The notes under the pieces are model-generated. The model ran no database searches and was not told where the DNA came from. It worked only from the letters and a program-made list of their open reading frames with translations. This document shows positions 47,578 to 51,962 of a stretch of DNA of 51,962 nt, piece by piece (the stretch's first letter is position 1; each line of letters opens with the position of its first letter). The translations under genes were made by a program, and so were the position numbers. Source of the DNA: an uncultured Anaerolineales bacterium (GTDB lineage: Bacteria; Chloroflexota; Anaerolineae; CG2-30-64-16); contig CAYLZG010000009.1 in the NCBI GenBank assembly GCA_964387985.1, positions 9,811 through 61,772 of the forward strand. Direction: 5' to 3'.

Positions 47578-49164
47578 ATGATGTTGCGGCGATCATTACA
47601 CACTGGGCGACCCTGGGGGGTTGCCGTCTTGGAGAGTGGAGATTTGGGGCTTCGGCTTCGCACAAAGCACCTTACTTCTCTGGCACCCCGCTCGGCCTGT
47701 TTCGCAGCACTCGTCTTCATTCTGGCCGCCGGTGTCGTCCTCCGGGTGCGCCCTTATCTCTTCAACCGCTCGCTTTGGATGGACGAAGCGATGCTGGCGC
47801 GCAATGTCGTCGGCCGGTCCTTCAGCGAACTCGCTGCGCCGCTGGATTACGCACAAGGCGCGCCCCTCGGCTTCCTGTGGGCCAGCAAAGCCTTGATCGA
47901 GGTGCTGGGAAACCGCGACTACATCCTCAGGCTAGTGCCGCTCATCTCCGGCCTGGTTGCCTTGTTCCTCTTTGCCAGGTTGTTGGGCAAGCTGGATCTC
48001 GGACCTTCCATCTGTGTGGCGCTCGCCGTCTACGCGGTGGGAGCCCAAGCCGTCTACTACTCAACGGAATTCAAGCAGTACAGCAGCGATGCCTTGGTCA
48101 CGCTTCTGCTCCTCACCGCTGCCATGCCGGGCTTGCGGGGAGAGGAACGGCCGAGAGACGATGCAATGCTGGCGGCAATCGGCGTGCTGTCGCTCTGGGC
48201 GTCGCACCCCGCGGTCTTCGTTGTAAGTGGAATCTTTGCCGCGCTCTTCGTAGAGCGGCTGAGAACGCGCGAGGCGCGCGGCCTCCTTCGCCTGGCAGGC
48301 ATGGGCCTTGCGTTAACCGTTAGTTTCGGCCTTGTGTATCTGCTGGCGATGCGCAAGCTGGTCGGGCAACAAGTCTTGGTCGATTTCTGGCGCGGCGCAT
48401 TTCTGCCACTGCCGCCCTGGGCCAACCTGGCGTGGATCAAAACTGCTATGACCGAAATGTTCGTGAACCCCGTCGGTCTCACCCTGCCGGTTGTGGGCCT
48501 CCTGCTCATGGTCGCCGGCTCGGTGCGCCAACTGCGGCTTCACTTGCCAACGGCGCTGGCCCTGCTGCTGCCCCTCCTGCTCGCCCTTGCGGCTTCGGGC
48601 TTGCAGGCCTATCCATTCCACAGCCGCATGCTGCTGTTCGCCGTTCCCCCGATCCTTGTGCTTGTCGCGCAGGGCATGGAGGCCGTTCGGCTGGCGCTGC
48701 ACCGTACGCCTGCCGTGTCAGTGATTGCCTGGGCGATCCTGGCAGGCCTGCTGGTGGTTGGGCCCATCGATGCTGCTGTTAAGACCTTCGCACAGCCACA
48801 AGAAGGCGAACAGGTGCGACCCGCGGTCCAGTATCTGGCTGCCCACTGGCAGGCCGGCGATACGCTGTATGTTTACTACAGCAGCTATCACGCCTGGGCG
48901 TATTACGCACCATCGGTTGGGCTGGATGTCTCCGACCACGTGATTATCGGCAGATATGCGAGGAATGAACCTGAGAAGTATCGAGAAGACATCCAGATCC
49001 TGCCGCGCCAAGGCAGGGTCTGGATGTTGTTCTCTCACGTGCATACCGGCAGCCAGGGCAATGAAGAAGATTTGATCTTGCGCCAGCTGGACGGGTTGGG
49101 GCAGCTCACCAACGAGCAGCATTACCCCTATGCAAGCCTCTATCTCTTCATGATGGGAGTCTAG
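47578..49164 (+). CDS. GT-C-fold glycosyltransferase (ArnT/GT39/GT83-like)
   Basis: LR….[20 protein letters not shown] and YPF..R..LF motifs, plus a soluble C-terminal domain. The true start may be TTG 47629 or 47644, because TG-C-TATGAT overlapping 47578 looks like a -10. Confidence 0.85.
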   Translation: MMLRRSLHTGRPWGVAVLESGDLGLRLRTKHLTSLAPRSACFAALVFILAAGVVLRVRPYLFNRSLWMDEAMLARNVVGRSFSELAAPLDYAQGAPLGFLWASKALIEVLGNRDYILRLVPLISGLVALFLFARLLGKLDLGPSICVALAVYAVGAQAVYYSTEFKQYSSDALVTLLLLTAAMPGLRGEERPRDDAMLAAIGVLSLWASHPAVFVVSGIFAALFVERLRTREARGLLRLAGMGLALTVSFGLVYLLAMRKLVGQQVLVDFWRGAFLPLPPWANLAWIKTAMTEMFVNPVGLTLPVVGLLLMVAGSVRQLRLHLPTALALLLPLLLALAASGLQAYPFHSRMLLFAVPPILVLVAQGMEAVRLALHRTPAVSVIAWAILAGLLVVGPIDAAVKTFAQPQEGEQVRPAVQYLAAHWQAGDTLYVYYSSYHAWAYYAPSVGLDVSDHVIIGRYARNEPEKYREDIQILPRQGRVWMLFSHVHTGSQGNEEDLILRQLDGLGQLTNEQHYPYASLYLFMMGV

Positions 49165-51680
49165 CCGTTCGTCTCCGGCCCGTTGACCATTCGGTGCACC
49201 GGTAACTCGACAGCGATCGGTTCGGGCGGCTGAGTCGCAAAGACCAATTGCGGCTGCCCGTCATCATCCTCTCCGACATGGACGATGACTGTGTCGCCAT
49301 CCTTGAACTCGCCTGCCAGCAGCCGCTTGGCGAGCGGGTTTTCCACATGGCGCTCCAGTGTCCGGCGGACCGGCCGGGCACCGAACTGCGGGTCGTAACC
49401 CTCCTGGGCCAGCCAGTCACGGGCCGCGCCGGTCAGCTCGATCTTCAGGCCTTGCTCGGCCAGCCGCCCGCTGATCTCGGCCATCTGCAGATCCACGATC
49501 GCCTTCACGTGCTCCTGCGTCAGGCTGTGGAAGATGATCACCTCATCGACGCGATTCAGGAATTCCGGCCGGAACGTTTTCTTCAGGTCCCGGTCGATGT
49601 TCTCCCGCAGCTGCCGCTCCTGCGAGCTGATGCTATCCTGCTTGATGAAGCCCAGTGTCCCGCCAGATTGCACGAACGCCGTGCCGATGTTCGACGTCAT
49701 GATGATGACCGTATTGCGGAAATCGACCACGTGGCCTTGCCCATCCGTCAGCCGGCCATCTTCCAGGATCTGCAGGAGGGAGTTCCACACCTCCGGGTGC
49801 GCCTTCTCGATCTCATCGAAGAGGACAACCCGGTAGGGCCGCCGCCGCACGGCTTCGGTCAGCTGACCGCCTTCATCATATCCTACATACCCGGGCGGCG
49901 CGCCGAACAGGCGGCTGACCGTGTGCCGTTCCTGGTACTCGCTCATGTCGATGCGCACCAGGGCCTCTTCATCATCGAACAGATACTCAGCCAGCGCCTT
50001 CGCCAGCTCGGTCTTGCCAACACCGCTGGATCCGAGGAAGATGAAGCTGCCGATAGGCCGCCGTGGATTCTTCAGGCCGCTGCGCGTGCGCCGCAGGGCA
50101 TCAGAAACCGCTCGGATCGCCTCATCCTGGCCCACCACGCGTTTGTGAAGCTCATCCTCCATCCGCAGCAGCTTGGCCGATTCTCCCTCCAGCATGGTAT
50201 TCACCGGGATGCCCGTCCAGCGAGCGACCACCTGTGCAATGTCAGAAGCATCGACCACCTCATCCAGTCCGCTCGACTGCTGCCAACTTGCATAGTCGGC
50301 CTCGTACTGTGCGGCCAGCTTCAACCGGTCGCTCTTCAGCTCGGCAGCCTGTGCAAAGTCGTTCCCGGTATACGCTGCATCTTCCTCTGCCTTCATCTCG
50401 GCCAGTTTCTTCTTGACGGTCTTCAACGGCAGCGGCATCGTGAAAAGTGACACCCGCAGCCCTGCACCCGCCTCGTCGATCAGGTCGATCGCCTTATCCG
50501 GCAGACGGCGATCGGTGACGTAGCGATGCGACAGCCTGGTGGCAGCCACCAGTGCCTCATCCGTAAAGGTCACCTGGTGGTGCTTCTGGTATCGATCGCG
50601 CACGCCGCGCAGGATCTCGATCGCGTCTTCGACAGAAGGCTCGTCCACGTAGATGGGCGCAAAGCGCCGCTCCAGTGCGCTGTCTTTCTCGATATGCTGG
50701 CGGTATTCGTCCAGGGTCGTCGCACCGATGCAGCGCAGCTCTCCGCGCGCCAGTGCCGGCTTGAGCATATTGCTCGCATCCACGGCCCCTTGTGCCGCGC
50801 CCGCGCCGACCACAGTATGAAGCTCGTCGATGAAGAGAATCACCTCGCCTTCAGCCTTCTGCACCTCTTCGATAGTGGTCTTCAGGCGCTCCTCGAACTC
50901 GCCCCGAAACCGCGTACCCGCGATCATCGCACCCAGGTCCAGACTCATCAGCCGTTTGCCCACCAGGCTCTCGGGCACATCCTCCGTCACGATCTTCTGG
51001 GCCAACCCCTCGACGATGGCGGTCTTGCCGACGCCCGCCTCGCCGATCAGGACCGGGTTGTTTTTCGTGCGCCGGCTGAGCACCTGGATCACGCGTAGAA
51101 TCTCGGCGTCGCGACCGATCACCGGATCCAGCTTGTCCTCGCGCGCCATTGCGGTCAGATCGCGGGCATACTTCTCCAGTGTCCGATAATGGCTCTCAGC
51201 CTGGGGTGTGCTGGCCTTCTGGCCGCCGCGACCCTCCTCGATGGCTCTCAGCACCATCTCACGGGTCACCTGCGCCTCGCGCAGCAAGCCGGCGGAAAAC
51301 CCCCCGCGCTCGCTGAGGATGCCTACCAGCAAATGCTCGGTCGAAATGTACTCATCCTTGAGCGTTCGGGCCTCTTCAGTGGCCTGATCGATCACCCGTT
51401 TCAGCCGGGGGGTGATGAATACCTGGGCCACAGCCTGCGGAAACATCGCTGTCCCGCCGGCACGCGGCGTCCGCTGCAGGTTGTCGGTCAGGCGTTCCTT
51501 CATGATATCGACCGGCGCGCCCATCCGCTCGATGATCTCTGCAACTAGTCCCTTGGGCTGTTCCAACAGTGCCAGGAACAGGTGCTCGACATCGACCTGG
51601 CTATGGCCATAACGCTGCATAATCTCATAAGCGCGCATGGCAGCGTCCTGTGCGCGCTCGGTAAATCGATCAAATCGCAT
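49161..51680 (-). CDS. clpC: ATP-dependent Clp protease ATP-binding subunit, ClpC type
   Basis: Two Clp_N repeats, AAA-1 [14 protein letters not shown], a short UVR-like middle coiled coil (not the long ClpB M-domain), AAA-2 [17 protein letters not shown] and a candidate LGF loop. Confidence 0.85.
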   Translation of the reverse strand: MRFDRFTERAQDAAMRAYEIMQRYGHSQVDVEHLFLALLEQPKGLVAEIIERMGAPVDIMKERLTDNLQRTPRAGGTAMFPQAVAQVFITPRLKRVIDQATEEARTLKDEYISTEHLLVGILSERGGFSAGLLREAQVTREMVLRAIEEGRGGQKASTPQAESHYRTLEKYARDLTAMAREDKLDPVIGRDAEILRVIQVLSRRTKNNPVLIGEAGVGKTAIVEGLAQKIVTEDVPESLVGKRLMSLDLGAMIAGTRFRGEFEERLKTTIEEVQKAEGEVILFIDELHTVVGAGAAQGAVDASNMLKPALARGELRCIGATTLDEYRQHIEKDSALERRFAPIYVDEPSVEDAIEILRGVRDRYQKHHQVTFTDEALVAATRLSHRYVTDRRLPDKAIDLIDEAGAGLRVSLFTMPLPLKTVKKKLAEMKAEEDAAYTGNDFAQAAELKSDRLKLAAQYEADYASWQQSSGLDEVVDASDIAQVVARWTGIPVNTMLEGESAKLLRMEDELHKRVVGQDEAIRAVSDALRRTRSGLKNPRRPIGSFIFLGSSGVGKTELAKALAEYLFDDEEALVRIDMSEYQERHTVSRLFGAPPGYVGYDEGGQLTEAVRRRPYRVVLFDEIEKAHPEVWNSLLQILEDGRLTDGQGHVVDFRNTVIIMTSNIGTAFVQSGGTLGFIKQDSISSQERQLRENIDRDLKKTFRPEFLNRVDEVIIFHSLTQEHVKAIVDLQMAEISGRLAEQGLKIELTGAARDWLAQEGYDPQFGARPVRRTLERHVENPLAKRLLAGEFKDGDTVIVHVGEDDDGQPQLVFATQPPEPIAVELPVHRMVNGPETNG

Positions 51681-51716
51681 CTATGTCCTCGTTAAGAAGG
51701 TGCAAACCCAACCGTA

Positions 51717-51781
51717 CTGAAAACACAACCCGCAGTGTCCCCAGACGCCATCAGTGGTGTCCGGAGAAACACTACGGGTTG
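51717..51781 (-). promoter_or_regulatory. Long RNA hairpin with U-rich tail upstream of clpC (terminator or leader element)
   Basis: Minus strand CAACCCGUAGUG…CACUGCGGGUUG extended by UCUCCGGACACCA/UGGCGUCUGGGGA. Most mismatches are G-U pairs only on the minus strand. Followed by UGUUUU. Confidence 0.6.
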
Positions 51782-51962
51782 CAGAATGCTCCTCTTTTGC
51801 CGCCACTCATGGCTCCTATCGATACACTAACACGCGAGTGTTAACAGGAGCGTATGAGCGGCTCCATATCCGGCATATCTAACGAAACGCAACCGTCAGT
51901 AACGCAGCACTGCTGCGATCTGGCCCACACGGGCGAGCTCTGCGCTCGGCTCCATCGCCGAA

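Noticed and set aside
51772-51810. 12-aa leader peptide MSGGKRGAFCNP upstream of clpC
   Set aside because: AGGAG lies only 2 nt from the ATG and there are no regulatory codon runs, so support is insufficient.
51818-51844. CIRCE (HrcA) operator
   Set aside because: Only a half-site-like GAGTGTTAA is present; there is no TTAGCACTC at the 9-bp spacing. No CtsR or HAIR repeat was seen either.
1-51962. Many long alternative-frame and antisense ORFs (e.g. 7374-8555, 27958-29229, 49248-50450, and the 8462 extension of pgl)
   Set aside because: They are shadows of real genes in GC-rich DNA, with Arg/Pro/Ala-rich low-information sequence and no motifs.
1-51962. CRISPR array, tRNA/rRNA, IS element or integrase
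   Set aside because: No regularly spaced repeats, RNA-gene signatures or recombinase/transposase motifs were found by eye or in the ORF track.

Overview
GC-rich bacterial DNA. Gene content and secreted-protein style suggest Chloroflexota (Anaerolineae/Caldilineae-like); this assignment is inference. The left ~12.6 kb is housekeeping and accessory metabolism: fabH (partial), fabF, a GalU-like nucleotidyltransferase coupled to a 1128-aa GHMP-kinase/UDP-sugar-pyrophosphorylase fusion, an NTPase, zwf-pgl, an ICMT-like methyltransferase and a LiaI/LiaF-like envelope module. From 12.6 to 49.2 kb lies a large, mostly minus-strand cell-surface glycan cluster. It holds nine GT4s, two GT2s, four GT-C-fold membrane glycosyltransferases, three SAM methyltransferases, a UPF0104 flippase-like protein, a split Wzm/Wzt ABC exporter, two stand-alone coiled-coil paralogues and several secreted proteins (an FG-GAP propeller protein, two tandem GH-like/CARDB paralogues, a four-repeat S-layer-like protein and a lipoprotein). 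clpC closes the window. Most notable: (1) the S-layer-like protein lacks, in repeat 1, the 'xLPL(V/I)' strand that opens repeats 2-4, while co-encoded secreted proteins end in similar tails, suggesting a donor-strand surface-display system (hypothesis); (2) the cluster carries duplicated 3' ends of upstream genes as scars, suggesting cassette accretion by recombination without any mobile-element gene; (3) an old tandem duplication has a 1.27-kb identical core but strongly non-synonymous N-terminal divergence. No rRNA, tRNA, CRISPR array, transposase or reverse transcriptase was seen.
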